Origin: a virus
Length of the DNA: 36,401 nucleotides
Virus record (IMG/VR): IMGVR_UViG_3300022658_000006
Direction: 5' to 3' (one strand)
Under the pieces are notes generated by a model that saw only the letters and a list, made by a program, of their open reading frames with translations, did no database searches and was not told where the DNA came from. Made by a program: the position numbers and the translations under genes. Position 1 is the first letter of the stretch. The number at the start of each line of letters is the position of its first letter. Shown in pieces: positions 1 to 8,631 of this stretch.

Positions 1-1017
1 ACTCCGTTTTGTCCAAACCCTGTGTATTCTGGTGGTTCTCAAACGGTCACGACATTCGTCGGTGGTTCTACGGCATCATCCCCATGGCCTGCGATTACGT
101 CTCCTATTTACGCTTCTTTCATCATTGAAGGAGGAGCGGTGAGTGTTGTTGGCGGAGAACTGACTCAGCACACGCCTGCGGCTGGTGTTGTTGTTGATCT
201 TCGTCCTGCGTCCACAGTTGCGTTTTCAAATCCATATGGAACATTTACAGCGTCTGCAACACTGATCGAGCAAGATTGGGGATTCGCAAAAATCAATAAC
301 CCGCGAGCACTTTTAACCCCTACATCCAATACATCTAAGTTAAGTCTAAGCGGTTGTTACGGATATTCTGGTGCAATGCCTGCGGGAACTGCATACATCT
401 CCGTTGACGATGTTGCGTACGCTGGAAAAATTGCAATTGATGAAGCGTGTAAGTTTTATCAGAATATTGGATCAACCACAAGATCAGGCGCAACAATCAA
501 TTGTTCAACTGCGCCAAATACAATTGTTACCGTTGGGCGCACTTCGTTTGCTTCTGGGTATCCGTACTGGACGACAGGTGTATCAGGCGGTCAGCTCATT
601 CACAACATGGAGTGGGCGATTCAGGCTTTTGTCAACAGTGGAACGTTGGCATCGGGTGGAGCAAATCTTAAACCGACTGTTTTTAACACAGACTCTAGAT
701 TTCAGCGATATTCAAGCATCTATGATTTGACGACAGGAATTATCACTATTCCGTCAAACTTGTCTGTTAAGAATATGAGGGTTGAGGCAAATTTAATTAC
801 AGGTGCAGTCACAGGTAACATCTACCTATATGACATAACCAACAGTCGAATCATGGGGTTTGGTCAAATTTCAGGTGGCGCTGGTAATCTTGTTTGCACA
901 ATTGGTAGTTTTACAGCGGGTCAACAATTTGCGATTGTTCTTAATGTAAGTGGCCCAGTGATGTTTAGCGGGTCTGTGACTAACGCAGTGAACATTTACA
1001 TCGGGAACGAAATGTAA
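1..1017 (+). CDS. Tailspike/depolymerase, 3' part of a junction-spanning gene (5' part is 35795..36401)
   Basis: Frame 1 is open from base 1 (ACT CCG TTT TGT = TPFC) to TAA 1015-1017. Bases 1-55 equal 36347-36401, which places this frame in phase with ATG 35795. The track ORF 22..1017 is the same frame cut at an internal GTG. The joined CDS would be 1569 nt (522 aa). Confidence 0.8.
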   Translation, partial: TPFCPNPVYSGGSQTVTTFVGGSTASSPWPAITSPIYASFIIEGGAVSVVGGELTQHTPAAGVVVDLRPASTVAFSNPYGTFTASATLIEQDWGFAKINNPRALLTPTSNTSKLSLSGCYGYSGAMPAGTAYISVDDVAYAGKIAIDEACKFYQNIGSTTRSGATINCSTAPNTIVTVGRTSFASGYPYWTTGVSGGQLIHNMEWAIQAFVNSGTLASGGANLKPTVFNTDSRFQRYSSIYDLTTGIITIPSNLSVKNMRVEANLITGAVTGNIYLYDITNSRIMGFGQISGGAGNLVCTIGSFTAGQQFAIVLNVSGPVMFSGSVTNAVNIYIGNEM

Positions 1018-1026
1018 TTTATTATC

Positions 1027-1054
1027 TTGACACCGCGCCTTCTGAGCGCATAAT
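1027..1054 (+). promoter_or_regulatory. Sigma70-type promoter ahead of the scaffold/capsid genes
   Basis: TTGACA (1027-1032), 16-nt spacer, CATAAT (1049-1054). It sits in the 85-nt gap between the tailspike stop and the scaffold start. Confidence 0.5.
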
Positions 1055-1102
1055 CTCAGAACTGTACCGGCCCAGTAGACCGGGGTTTCTACGGAAACAG
1101 CA

Positions 1103-1900
1103 ATGACTGAAAAAGTCCAAAACCTAGCGGAAGTTGACTCCGCGCCAGCCCCCGAGGTGACGGCCACCACGGATCAGGCACAAAACGCGCCGGAAGTCGC
1201 TGATCAAGGCGGCGAGACAGCAGAGGAGAAGAAATTCACCCAAGCTGAACTCGATGCGATGATCGGCAAACGCCTCGCAAGAGAGCAACGTAAGTGGGAA
1301 CGTGAGCAGCAAGCCAAGCAAGCAGAAATGCAAGCGCGGCAGTCGGTGCCAGCGGAACTCCCGCCAGCGGACCAGTTTGAGTCCCCTGAAGCCTATGCGG
1401 AAGCACTGGCCGTCAGGAAGGCTGAAGAACTGATCGCGCAGCGAGAACTCCAAAAGCAACGCGCTCAGATTGAGGACGCCTACGCAGAACATGAGGAAGA
1501 AGCCCGTGGCAAGTACGACGACTTCGAGCAAGTCGCCTACAACCCCCAGCTTCGAGTCACCGATGTGATGGCCGAGACAATCAAGGCGTCCGACATCGGA
1601 CCTGATCTGGCCTACTGGCTGGGCAGCAACCCGAAAGAAGCCGATCGCATCTCGCGCCTGTCGCCGCTCCTGCAAGCGCGTGAGATTGGGAAGATCGAGG
1701 CCAAACTGGCATCCGAGCCTCCCCAGAAGAAAACAACGTCTGCGCCCGAACCGATTCGCCCGGTGAGTGCCCGCGCTGTGAACCCCGGTGTCATTGACAC
1801 CACCGATCCTCGGTCTGTCCAGACCATGAGCGCATCGGAGTGGATCGCGGCCGAGCGCCAACGACAAATCGCCAAAGCACAGGCACTCCGCAACCGTTAA
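1103..1900 (+). CDS. Scaffolding protein (putative)
   Basis: 265 aa, highly charged, E/A/Q/K/R-rich helical sequence. It lies directly upstream of the coat gene, the canonical scaffold position. Confidence 0.55.
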   Translation: MTEKVQNLAEVDSAPAPEVTATTDQAQNAPEVADQGGETAEEKKFTQAELDAMIGKRLAREQRKWEREQQAKQAEMQARQSVPAELPPADQFESPEAYAEALAVRKAEELIAQRELQKQRAQIEDAYAEHEEEARGKYDDFEQVAYNPQLRVTDVMAETIKASDIGPDLAYWLGSNPKEADRISRLSPLLQAREIGKIEAKLASEPPQKKTTSAPEPIRPVSARAVNPGVIDTTDPRSVQTMSASEWIAAERQRQIAKAQALRNR

Positions 1901-1916
1901 TTAGGACATTTCAATC

Positions 1917-3125
1917 ATGGCAAACAGCCTTCTTACCATTGACATGATCACGCGCAAATCTCTGGAAATTCTGGAGAACAACCTCGTGATCACCCGCAAC
2001 GTGAACCGCCAGTACGACGACAGCTTCGCTGTTGAAGGTGCAAAGATCGGTTCTACCCTGCGTATCCGTCTGCCCGACCGCGCTCTGGTGACTGACGGTG
2101 CCGCCCTGCAAGCACAGGACGACAACGAGCAGTACACCACCCTGACCGTGGCCTCGCAGAAGCACGTTGGCATCAACTTCACCTCTGCCGAACTGACCAT
2201 GCAGTTGGACGACTTCGCAGAGCGTGTGCTGAAGCCTCGTATCAGCCAGTTGGCTTCTACCGTGGACGCTGACGTTGCCAACGCATTCAAGCAGATCGGC
2301 AACTCTGTCGGCACCCCCGGCTCGGCCCCCAGCACCGCTCTGGTGATGCTGCAAGCCCAGCAGAAGCTGAACGAGAACGCTGCCACGATGGCCCCGCGCT
2401 TCCTGACCGTGAACCCCGCCGCCAACGCTGCGCTGGTCAACGGCCTGTCCGGCTTCTTCAACCCCCAAGACGTGATCTCCCGCCAGTTCAAGAACGGCAT
2501 GATGGGTGAGCAGGTTCTGGGCTACGACGAAGTGAACATGAGCCAGTCCATCAAGGCGTTCACCGTGGGCACTCGTACCGCTACTGGCGGCACGACCTCT
2601 GCCGCTGTGACCGCCGAAGGTGCTACCACCATCGCCATCACCGGCGCTGGCAACGGTGCCACCGTGAAGGCTGGTGACGTGTTCACCGTGGACGGCTGCT
2701 TCGCTGCCAACCCTCAGACCCGCGAGTCCACCGGCGCACTGTTCCAGTTCGTCGCTCTGGCTGATGTGACTCTGGGTTCCAGCGGTGAAGGCAACATCAC
2801 CGTGGCCCCGATGTACTCTGGCAGCAACGCTCTGGCAACTGTCGTGAGCCTGCCGGGTAACAGCAAGGCCGTGACCTTCGTCGGCGCTTCTGGCCTGACC
2901 TACGCTCAGAACCTCGCCTACCACCGTGACGCCATCGCGTTCGCCACCGCTGACCTGCTCCTGCCGCAAGGTGTGGACATGGCAAGCCGTGCCGTTCACA
3001 ACGGCATCAGCCTGCGTGTGGTTCGCCAGTACGACATCAACAACGACCGGATGCCCTGCCGTGTTGACGTGCTGTATGGCTACAACACGATCCGTCCGCA
3101 GATGGCCTGCCGCATGTGGGGCTGA
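1917..3125 (+). CDS. Major capsid protein, P22-coat-like
   Basis: 402 aa. By-eye matches to P22 gp5 landmarks: GFFNPQD (P22 YFFNPQD), KAGDVFTVDG (P22 KRGDKISFAG) and the C-terminal RVDVLYGYNTIRP (P22 RIALWYGVNATRP). AGGA lies 11 nt upstream of the ATG. A strong terminator follows the next small ORF. Confidence 0.9.
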   Translation: MANSLLTIDMITRKSLEILENNLVITRNVNRQYDDSFAVEGAKIGSTLRIRLPDRALVTDGAALQAQDDNEQYTTLTVASQKHVGINFTSAELTMQLDDFAERVLKPRISQLASTVDADVANAFKQIGNSVGTPGSAPSTALVMLQAQQKLNENAATMAPRFLTVNPAANAALVNGLSGFFNPQDVISRQFKNGMMGEQVLGYDEVNMSQSIKAFTVGTRTATGGTTSAAVTAEGATTIAITGAGNGATVKAGDVFTVDGCFAANPQTRESTGALFQFVALADVTLGSSGEGNITVAPMYSGSNALATVVSLPGNSKAVTFVGASGLTYAQNLAYHRDAIAFATADLLLPQGVDMASRAVHNGISLRVVRQYDINNDRMPCRVDVLYGYNTIRPQMACRMWG

Positions 3126-3390
3126 TCTGAACCGAGGGGCTTCGGCCGCAACTTACACGCTGCCGACCGCTGCTCAGATCGACGCTGCTGTTCCCAACGC
3201 CACCGTTGGCAGCACGTTTGACCTGAACGTGGTCAATGTGGGCACTTCGTCTGGTACTGTTACTCTGGCAACCGCCACCGGTCTGACCGATGGTGGCAAT
3301 GCTGCTGTTGCAGTGGCTGTCACCTCCAGCGCACTGTTCCGGTTCCGCAAAACCGGTGACGGCGCTTGGTCCGTGTACAAGATTGCCTAA
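3076..3390 (+). CDS. Small beta-rich protein behind the capsid gene (decoration/adhesin-like domain); start unresolved
   Basis: The open frame (+1 relative to the coat gene) encodes ...ATYTLPTAAQIDAAVPNATVGSTFDLNVVNVGTSSGTVTLATATGLTDGG...FRFRKTGDGAWSVYKIA. The only ATG near the domain is 3076, 50 nt inside the coat gene and without an SD. There is no ATG/GTG/TTG between the coat stop (3125) and the conserved-looking TLPTA segment. Confidence 0.45.
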   Translation: MATTRSVRRWPAACGADLNRGASAATYTLPTAAQIDAAVPNATVGSTFDLNVVNVGTSSGTVTLATATGLTDGGNAAVAVAVTSSALFRFRKTGDGAWSVYKIA

Positions 3391-3406
3391 ATCTTGAGCA
3401 ACGAGT

Positions 3407-3430
3407 AAAACGGGGCTTCGGCCCCGTTTT
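3407..3430 (+). terminator. Rho-independent terminator after the capsid unit
   Basis: AAAACGGGGC-TTCG-GCCCCGTTTT: perfect 10-bp stem, UUCG tetraloop, T-run. Confidence 0.8.
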
Positions 3431-3446
3431 CACATGGAGATTTCAC

Positions 3447-3695
3447 ATGAATATAGTTCTCGTACACCCCATCCACGGTGCCAAAGTTGCCATCAACGAA
3501 TTGGAGATGGAGCAGGATGTCAAAAACGGCTGGACCGAGTACAATCCTGACACGCCCGTCGAGGTGGCACCCGAGCCGGTGGCTGAAGCGCCCAAGCGCA
3601 AGTACACCCGCAAAGTGACCGAACAACCCATCGAACAGCCCAACGAAGTCCCCTCGTTTCTGACTTCGGCAAGCGACGAATCCGAAGGAAAATGA
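3447..3695 (+). CDS. Hypothetical protein (82 aa)
   Basis: ATG 3447 is preceded by GGAGA. The track start at 3366 would place the terminator hairpin inside the coding sequence. Acidic, P/E-rich C-terminus. Confidence 0.6.
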   Translation: MNIVLVHPIHGAKVAINELEMEQDVKNGWTEYNPDTPVEVAPEPVAEAPKRKYTRKVTEQPIEQPNEVPSFLTSASDESEGK

Positions 3696-3696
3696 C

Positions 3697-4410
3697 ATGG
3701 CTACGTACACCGCAGGCGATCAGATCAACCGGGCTTTGCGCCTACTCGGTGTACTGGCTGAAGGTGAAACACCCTCAGCCGCAACCAGTCAGGATGCGTT
3801 GGTTGCGCTCAACCAAATGATCGACTCGTGGAACACCGAACGTCTGTCGGTGTTCTCCACGCAAGACCAAGTGTTCAGTTGGCCTTCTGGTGAAATCAGC
3901 CGGACTCTCGGCCCCACTGGTGATTTTGTCGGCAATCGTCCGGTTTATTTTGATGATGCCACCTACTACAAAGCCCCGAGTGGTGTGTCGTATGGCATCA
4001 AGTTCATCAACCAAGATCAGTACGATGGAATTGCTGTCAAAACAGCCACCTCGACTTTTCCGCAGGTGATTTTTGTGAACATGACGTTCCCCAACGTCGA
4101 AATGTTCATCTACCCCAAGCCAACCCAAACGCTTGAGTGGCACTTTAGTTCAGTTGAAGAACTGACGCAACCTGCCACGTTGGCGACCGAGTTGCACTTC
4201 CCGCCCGGATACATGCGGGCCTTCACCTACAACTTGGCGATGGAAATCGCCCCCGAGTTTGGTGTTGAGCCGTCACCGCAAGTCCAGCGCATCGCCATGA
4301 CCAGCAAGCGCAATCTCAAGCGTGTCAACAACCCGAATGACATCATGAGCCTGCCCTACGGTATCGTGGCGAACAAGCAACGGTTCAACATCTACGCTGG
4401 TAACTTCTGA
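3697..4410 (+). CDS. Head-to-tail adaptor, P22 gp4-like
   Basis: The N-terminus GDQINRALRLLGVLAEGETPSAATSQDALVALNQMIDSWN parallels P22 gp4 GDLVRAALRKLGVASDATL...SMQDAVDDLEAMMAEW. It sits just before a gp10-like gene. Confidence 0.7.
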   Translation: MATYTAGDQINRALRLLGVLAEGETPSAATSQDALVALNQMIDSWNTERLSVFSTQDQVFSWPSGEISRTLGPTGDFVGNRPVYFDDATYYKAPSGVSYGIKFINQDQYDGIAVKTATSTFPQVIFVNMTFPNVEMFIYPKPTQTLEWHFSSVEELTQPATLATELHFPPGYMRAFTYNLAMEIAPEFGVEPSPQVQRIAMTSKRNLKRVNNPNDIMSLPYGIVANKQRFNIYAGNF

Positions 4411-5843
4411 TGAAGACCCCGATTCTCGGCTCTACCTACGTGGCCCGCAGTGTCAATGCTGCGGATGCCCGCATGGTCAATTTGTTCCCCGAGATCATTC
4501 CCGAAGGTGGCAAGGAACCTGCATTTCTGAACCGCGCCCCGGGCCTCAAGTTCAAACTGACTGTAGGTTCTGGGCCGATTCGTGGCCTGTGGCAATTTGG
4601 CGGCAACATGTATGTGGTCAGCCGCGACAAGCTGTACAAGGTGGATTCCAACTACACGGTGACCACTCTCGGCACCGTGTCGGGGATCAACGGTCCTGTC
4701 AGCATGGCCGACAACGGCACCCAGTTGTTTGTGGCCTGTAATGGCCCCAGTTACATCTACAACGCTCAGATCGGCGTGTTTCAGCAAATCACGGACGGCG
4801 ACTTTCCGGGTGCTGTGACCGTGGGCTATCTGGATGGTTACTTCGTGTTCAACGAGCCAAACAGCCAGAAAATCTGGGTGACCGCGCTGCTGGACGGTAC
4901 CAGCATTGACCCTCTCGACTTTGCCTCGGCCGAAGGCTCCCCGGACGGCGTGGTGGGCATCATCGTGGACCACCGCGAGGTGTGGGTCTATGGCACCAAC
5001 TCGGTCGAAGTCTGGTACAACAGCGGCAACGCTGACTTCCCTCTTTTCCGCATCCAAGGCGCGTTCAACGAACTCGGTTGCGTGGCGGCGTACTCAATCG
5101 CCAAGATGGACAACGGTCTGTTCTGGCTGGGTCAGGATGCCCGGGGTCAGGGCATCGTTTATCGGGCCAACGGCTACACGGGTCAGCGTATCTCGACCCA
5201 TGCAATCGAATGGCAAATTCAACAGTACGGTAACCTGTCGGACGCCATCGGATACACCTACCAACAGGACGGCCACAGCTTCTACGTGCTGATCTTCCCC
5301 AGCGCCAACGCCACATGGGTCTACGATGTGGCAACTCAGGCGTGGCACGAGCGGGCCGGGTTCACCAACGGTGAGTTCACCCGCCACCGCAGCAACTGCC
5401 AAGTGTTCTTCAACAGCGATGTGCTGGTGGGTGACTACCAAAACGGCAACATCTACGCTTTTGACCTTGATAACTTCTCGGACAACGGCAGCATCCAGAA
5501 GTGGCTGCGGTCGTGGAGGGCGCTGCCCACCGGCCAGAACAATCTCAAGCGCACCGCGCAGCACAGCCTCCAACTCGATCTGGAGACTGGTGTGGGCCTG
5601 AACCTCGGTCAAGGCAGCGACCCGCAGGTCATGCTGCGATGGAGTGATGACGGTGGTCACACATGGTCCAACGAGCACTGGGTCAGCATCGGCAAGATCG
5701 GCGAGTTCTATCGCCGCGCAATCTGGCGGCGTCTTGGAATGACCATGAAGATTCGTGATCGAGTGTACGAGGTGTCGGGCACCGACCCAGTAAAGATCGC
5801 CATCATGGGCGCAGAACTGATTGTGAGTCCGACGAATGCCTAA
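4410..5843 (+). CDS. Tail hub / packaged-DNA stabilisation protein, P22 gp10-like
   Basis: 477 aa (P22 gp10 is about 472 aa, from memory). VNLFPEIIPEGGKEPAFLNRAPGLK matches P22 VNMLATPKE...LRSFPGI. GSPDGVVGIIVDHREVWVYGTNSVEVW matches P22 SQPDGIIGIGTWRDFIVCFGSSTIEYF. The ATG overlaps the upstream TGA. Confidence 0.75.
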   Translation: MKTPILGSTYVARSVNAADARMVNLFPEIIPEGGKEPAFLNRAPGLKFKLTVGSGPIRGLWQFGGNMYVVSRDKLYKVDSNYTVTTLGTVSGINGPVSMADNGTQLFVACNGPSYIYNAQIGVFQQITDGDFPGAVTVGYLDGYFVFNEPNSQKIWVTALLDGTSIDPLDFASAEGSPDGVVGIIVDHREVWVYGTNSVEVWYNSGNADFPLFRIQGAFNELGCVAAYSIAKMDNGLFWLGQDARGQGIVYRANGYTGQRISTHAIEWQIQQYGNLSDAIGYTYQQDGHSFYVLIFPSANATWVYDVATQAWHERAGFTNGEFTRHRSNCQVFFNSDVLVGDYQNGNIYAFDLDNFSDNGSIQKWLRSWRALPTGQNNLKRTAQHSLQLDLETGVGLNLGQGSDPQVMLRWSDDGGHTWSNEHWVSIGKIGEFYRRAIWRRLGMTMKIRDRVYEVSGTDPVKIAIMGAELIVSPTNA

Positions 5844-7107
5844 TCTGTTGAACGTCCCAATCACGCCGCCACGGGTCGCGTTCATCGACCCGCGCTCTGG
5901 TACGGTGTCGCGTGAATGGTACATGTTCTTCCTGTCGTTGTTTCAAACAACAGGTGGCAGCACGGTGTCGCTGGACGATGTGCAAAAAGGACCGCCGATG
6001 CTCACGGTTGATGACATCAATGTCATCGTGGACAAGGCCAGCGAGAACCTGCGCCCATCGACCGAAAGCACCATCGAGCAGATCGCGGAACTGCGCAAAC
6101 AGATCGAGGCGCTTGAGTCGCAAGTGCGGCCCGAATTGGGCACCATGAGTGAACTTCAGCAGTCACTGCTGCCGTGGGTCATTTGGGATACAACCCCAGA
6201 AGGTGTGCCGCCTGATGTCGGTACGCTGGCATGGGACGGTGGCACCACTCTCGGTGTGCAGATGACGACCAATGTGCTCGGTCGAATCAACGAAAGCGGG
6301 TATTACTACGTCAAGGCCAGCAGTGCCATCACCAAAGGTCAGGTGATCATGTTCACTGGCGCTGTGGGTGCATCTGGTGTGCCCACCGGCGCTCCGGCTA
6401 CTGGGGTGACGGACGGCAGCTACATCATGGGCATTGCCGCCGAAGACATCGCCAATAACGGCTTTGGCTTGGTGCAGTTCATTGGCACTTTGCGCGGTGT
6501 CGATCTGTCGGCATACAGCGATGGTGACATTCTCTGGTACAACCCGGCCGTCACCGGTGGACTGACCAAGACCAAACCCAGCGCACCGAATCTCAAGGTA
6601 CAAATGGCCGCTGTCATTTCAGCCAGCAACAACGGCACGATGTTGATTCGCGTGACCGCTGGTTCAGAATTGGGAGGCACCGACTCAAACGTGCAGTTCG
6701 GCACTCTTGCCAACGGCGATCTGATCCAGTATGACTCGGCGCTCCAGTATTGGAAAAACGTCACTGCCGCATCTGTGATTGCTGGTGCCGGTGGTGCCCC
6801 GGTCACCAAGACCGCCAACTTCACGGTGGCGAACGGCGACACTTGGTTGATCAACAACAAGTCAGGGTCGTCTTGCACAGTGACGTTGCCCAGCGCCAGC
6901 ACCAATACTGGCCGAGTGTTGCACTTCCAGAACTACCAAGCCCAGACACTCGTGTCAGCTTCGAGTAATGTTGTGCCACTGGCCGGAGGCGCAGCGACTA
7001 CCGCGATTCTTCAGGCTGTGGCGGGTGCCAATGCCACCCTTGTGTCCGATGGGACAAACTGGGTGATGACGCAATACGACTCCAACAACTCGTTGGAACT
7101 GGAATAA
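5836..7107 (+). CDS. Central tail fibre/needle-like protein
   Basis: It occupies the position of P22 gp26 after the gp10-like gene. It has a conserved-type N-terminus (SREWYMFFLSLFQTTGG) and a heptad/coiled-coil stretch (IEQIAELRKQIEALESQV). The C-terminus is beta-rich and ends in a TLPSA...SDGTNWVMTQ domain. Confidence 0.6.
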   Translation: MPNLLNVPITPPRVAFIDPRSGTVSREWYMFFLSLFQTTGGSTVSLDDVQKGPPMLTVDDINVIVDKASENLRPSTESTIEQIAELRKQIEALESQVRPELGTMSELQQSLLPWVIWDTTPEGVPPDVGTLAWDGGTTLGVQMTTNVLGRINESGYYYVKASSAITKGQVIMFTGAVGASGVPTGAPATGVTDGSYIMGIAAEDIANNGFGLVQFIGTLRGVDLSAYSDGDILWYNPAVTGGLTKTKPSAPNLKVQMAAVISASNNGTMLIRVTAGSELGGTDSNVQFGTLANGDLIQYDSALQYWKNVTAASVIAGAGGAPVTKTANFTVANGDTWLINNKSGSSCTVTLPSASTNTGRVLHFQNYQAQTLVSASSNVVPLAGGAATTAILQAVAGANATLVSDGTNWVMTQYDSNNSLELE

Positions 7108-7118
7108 GGAGAAACCCT

Positions 7119-7457
7119 ATGGCAGTCACTGTCAAAAACCTAGTCCCGGGCAAGACCGTCGAAAACGTGCAGACCACGCAGTACACGGCCACCAACGTGA
7201 CGACAATCATCGACAAGTTCACCGCGACCAATTACAGTGGCACCGCTGCCACGATCTCGGTCAACCTTGTCACGACTGCCGGGTCCGCTGGCAACCAGAA
7301 CCTGATCACCAAGACCAAGACGCTTCAGCCGTCCGAGGTCTACACGTTCCCTGAACTGGTGGGTCAGGTGCTGAACCCGGGCGACTTCATCTCGACGTTG
7401 GCCGGGACCGCCAGCGCCATCAACATGCGCGTCAGTGGACGTGAGGTGACCCAGTGA
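7119..7457 (+). CDS. Hypothetical virion-module protein (112 aa)
   Basis: AAGGAG RBS 7 nt upstream of the ATG. T/V/N-rich beta-type sequence. Confidence 0.6.
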   Translation: MAVTVKNLVPGKTVENVQTTQYTATNVTTIIDKFTATNYSGTAATISVNLVTTAGSAGNQNLITKTKTLQPSEVYTFPELVGQVLNPGDFISTLAGTASAINMRVSGREVTQ

Positions 7458-7921
7458 GAATAACTTACGGCAAAGGGTTCGAGGTTGCGCCGCCGCAGAT
7501 GATGCGGCAAAAGGTAGAAACCTTGCAGCAAGAGTTGTCCAAGCTGCCGCAATACGAACCCCAAACGAAGCACTATTTTCACGGTGGGATGTACTGCCGC
7601 GAAGTGTTTCGTCATGCCGGGGTGTTGGTGGTTGGCGCAGTCCATAAAAAAGAACACTTCTACCTCATCGTGTCTGGAACTGTTGCGATTACAGACGGTG
7701 AGGGAAATGTGCAAGAAGTCACCGGGCCTCACTTGTTCCAAAGTAAACCCGGGACAAAGCGGGCAGTCTATGCAGTAACTGACGCGCTTTGCATGACATT
7801 TCACGCCATCGAGGCAACATCTGTCGAGGAAGCCGAGGCTGAATTGGTTGAGGTAGAACCCGATTCGATGTACAGTCTCGGTAATCAGGTCAAACACAAA
7901 GAAATCGAGGTGCAGCCATGA
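7454..7921 (+). CDS. Cupin-fold protein (putative)
   Basis: The GTG start overlaps the upstream stop (GTGA) and follows GAGGTG. HYFHGGMYCREV...HKKEHFYLIVSGTVAITDGEGN...GPHLFQSKPGTKRAVYAV resembles the two-motif cupin beta-barrel pattern. The gene is visibly more A/T-rich than its neighbours. Confidence 0.5.
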   Translation: MRITYGKGFEVAPPQMMRQKVETLQQELSKLPQYEPQTKHYFHGGMYCREVFRHAGVLVVGAVHKKEHFYLIVSGTVAITDGEGNVQEVTGPHLFQSKPGTKRAVYAVTDALCMTFHAIEATSVEEAEAELVEVEPDSMYSLGNQVKHKEIEVQP

Positions 7922-8622
7922 CTTTCTGGGTTGCTGGTGCCGTTGTCGGCAGTTCACTCATTGGAGCCAGTGCTTCCAAAAGCGCGGCCAGTACGCAGGC
8001 TGCTGCCGCAGATCGTTCGGCCGATGTTCAACGCGAGATGTTCGGGCGGCAGGTCGAACTGTCCGAGCCGTGGCGCAAAGCTGGTGAACAGGCGCTCAAC
8101 AAGCTGATCCCGCTGACGGATTACCAGCAATTCGGGATGCAGCAGTTCCAAGCTGACCCCGGCTACGGCTTCCGCATGTCCGAAGGCATGAAGGCACTGG
8201 AGCGGTCGGCTGCGGCTCGTGGTGGCCTGCTCTCGGGTGCCACACTCAAAGGCGTTCAGCGGTTTGGTCAAGACCTCGCTTCGCAGGAGTACACGAATGC
8301 CTTCAACCGGTATCAGACTGAGCGTGCTGCACGTCTGCAACCGCTGCAATCCCTTGCAGGGGTCGGCCAAACGACTGCACAGCAGCTTGGTCAGGCTGGT
8401 CAGACGATGGCTTCCAATGTGGGTGAAGCCTTGACGAGTGGTGCTGCTGCCCGCGCCTCGGGCTATGTCGGCGGTGCCAACGCACTGACGCAGGGTTTGG
8501 GTACATACCTGAACTACTCGCAGGGTCAGAACATGCTGAACGCGCTTCGCGCTCCCGCAGCCGCTGTGCCCGCGACCACGTACCCTTCGTACCAAGTGCC
8601 CTACACGGCCAACATCGGGTAA
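7918..8622 (+). CDS. Internal virion / ejection protein (P22 gp7-sized)
   Basis: 234 aa with an N-terminal hydrophobic segment (FWVAGAVVGSSLIGASA). A/Q/G-rich. It is the first of three consecutive genes whose order and sizes mirror P22 gp7/gp20/gp16. Confidence 0.5.
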   Translation: MTFWVAGAVVGSSLIGASASKSAASTQAAAADRSADVQREMFGRQVELSEPWRKAGEQALNKLIPLTDYQQFGMQQFQADPGYGFRMSEGMKALERSAAARGGLLSGATLKGVQRFGQDLASQEYTNAFNRYQTERAARLQPLQSLAGVGQTTAQQLGQAGQTMASNVGEALTSGAAARASGYVGGANALTQGLGTYLNYSQGQNMLNALRAPAAAVPATTYPSYQVPYTANIG

Positions 8623-8631
8623 GGAGTCAAC

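Noticed and set aside
1124-2999. Long minus-strand ORFs (1124..1867, 1911..2999) opposite the scaffold and coat genes
   Set aside because: They are shadow ORFs typical of GC-rich DNA. Their translations are R/G/H/V-rich low-complexity sequence, and they lie fully antisense to genes with clear homology-type motifs and RBSs.
3123-3390. Stop-codon read-through or a -1 frameshift linking coat to the downstream ORF
   Set aside because: Reading through TGA 3123 in frame 0 gives R/C/H-rich junk ending at 3216. The -1 frame hits TGA at 3128. Only a +1 shift reaches the domain frame, and I see no slippery or prfB-like site (GGC TGA does not allow cognate re-pairing). It is therefore kept only as an open question in the findings.
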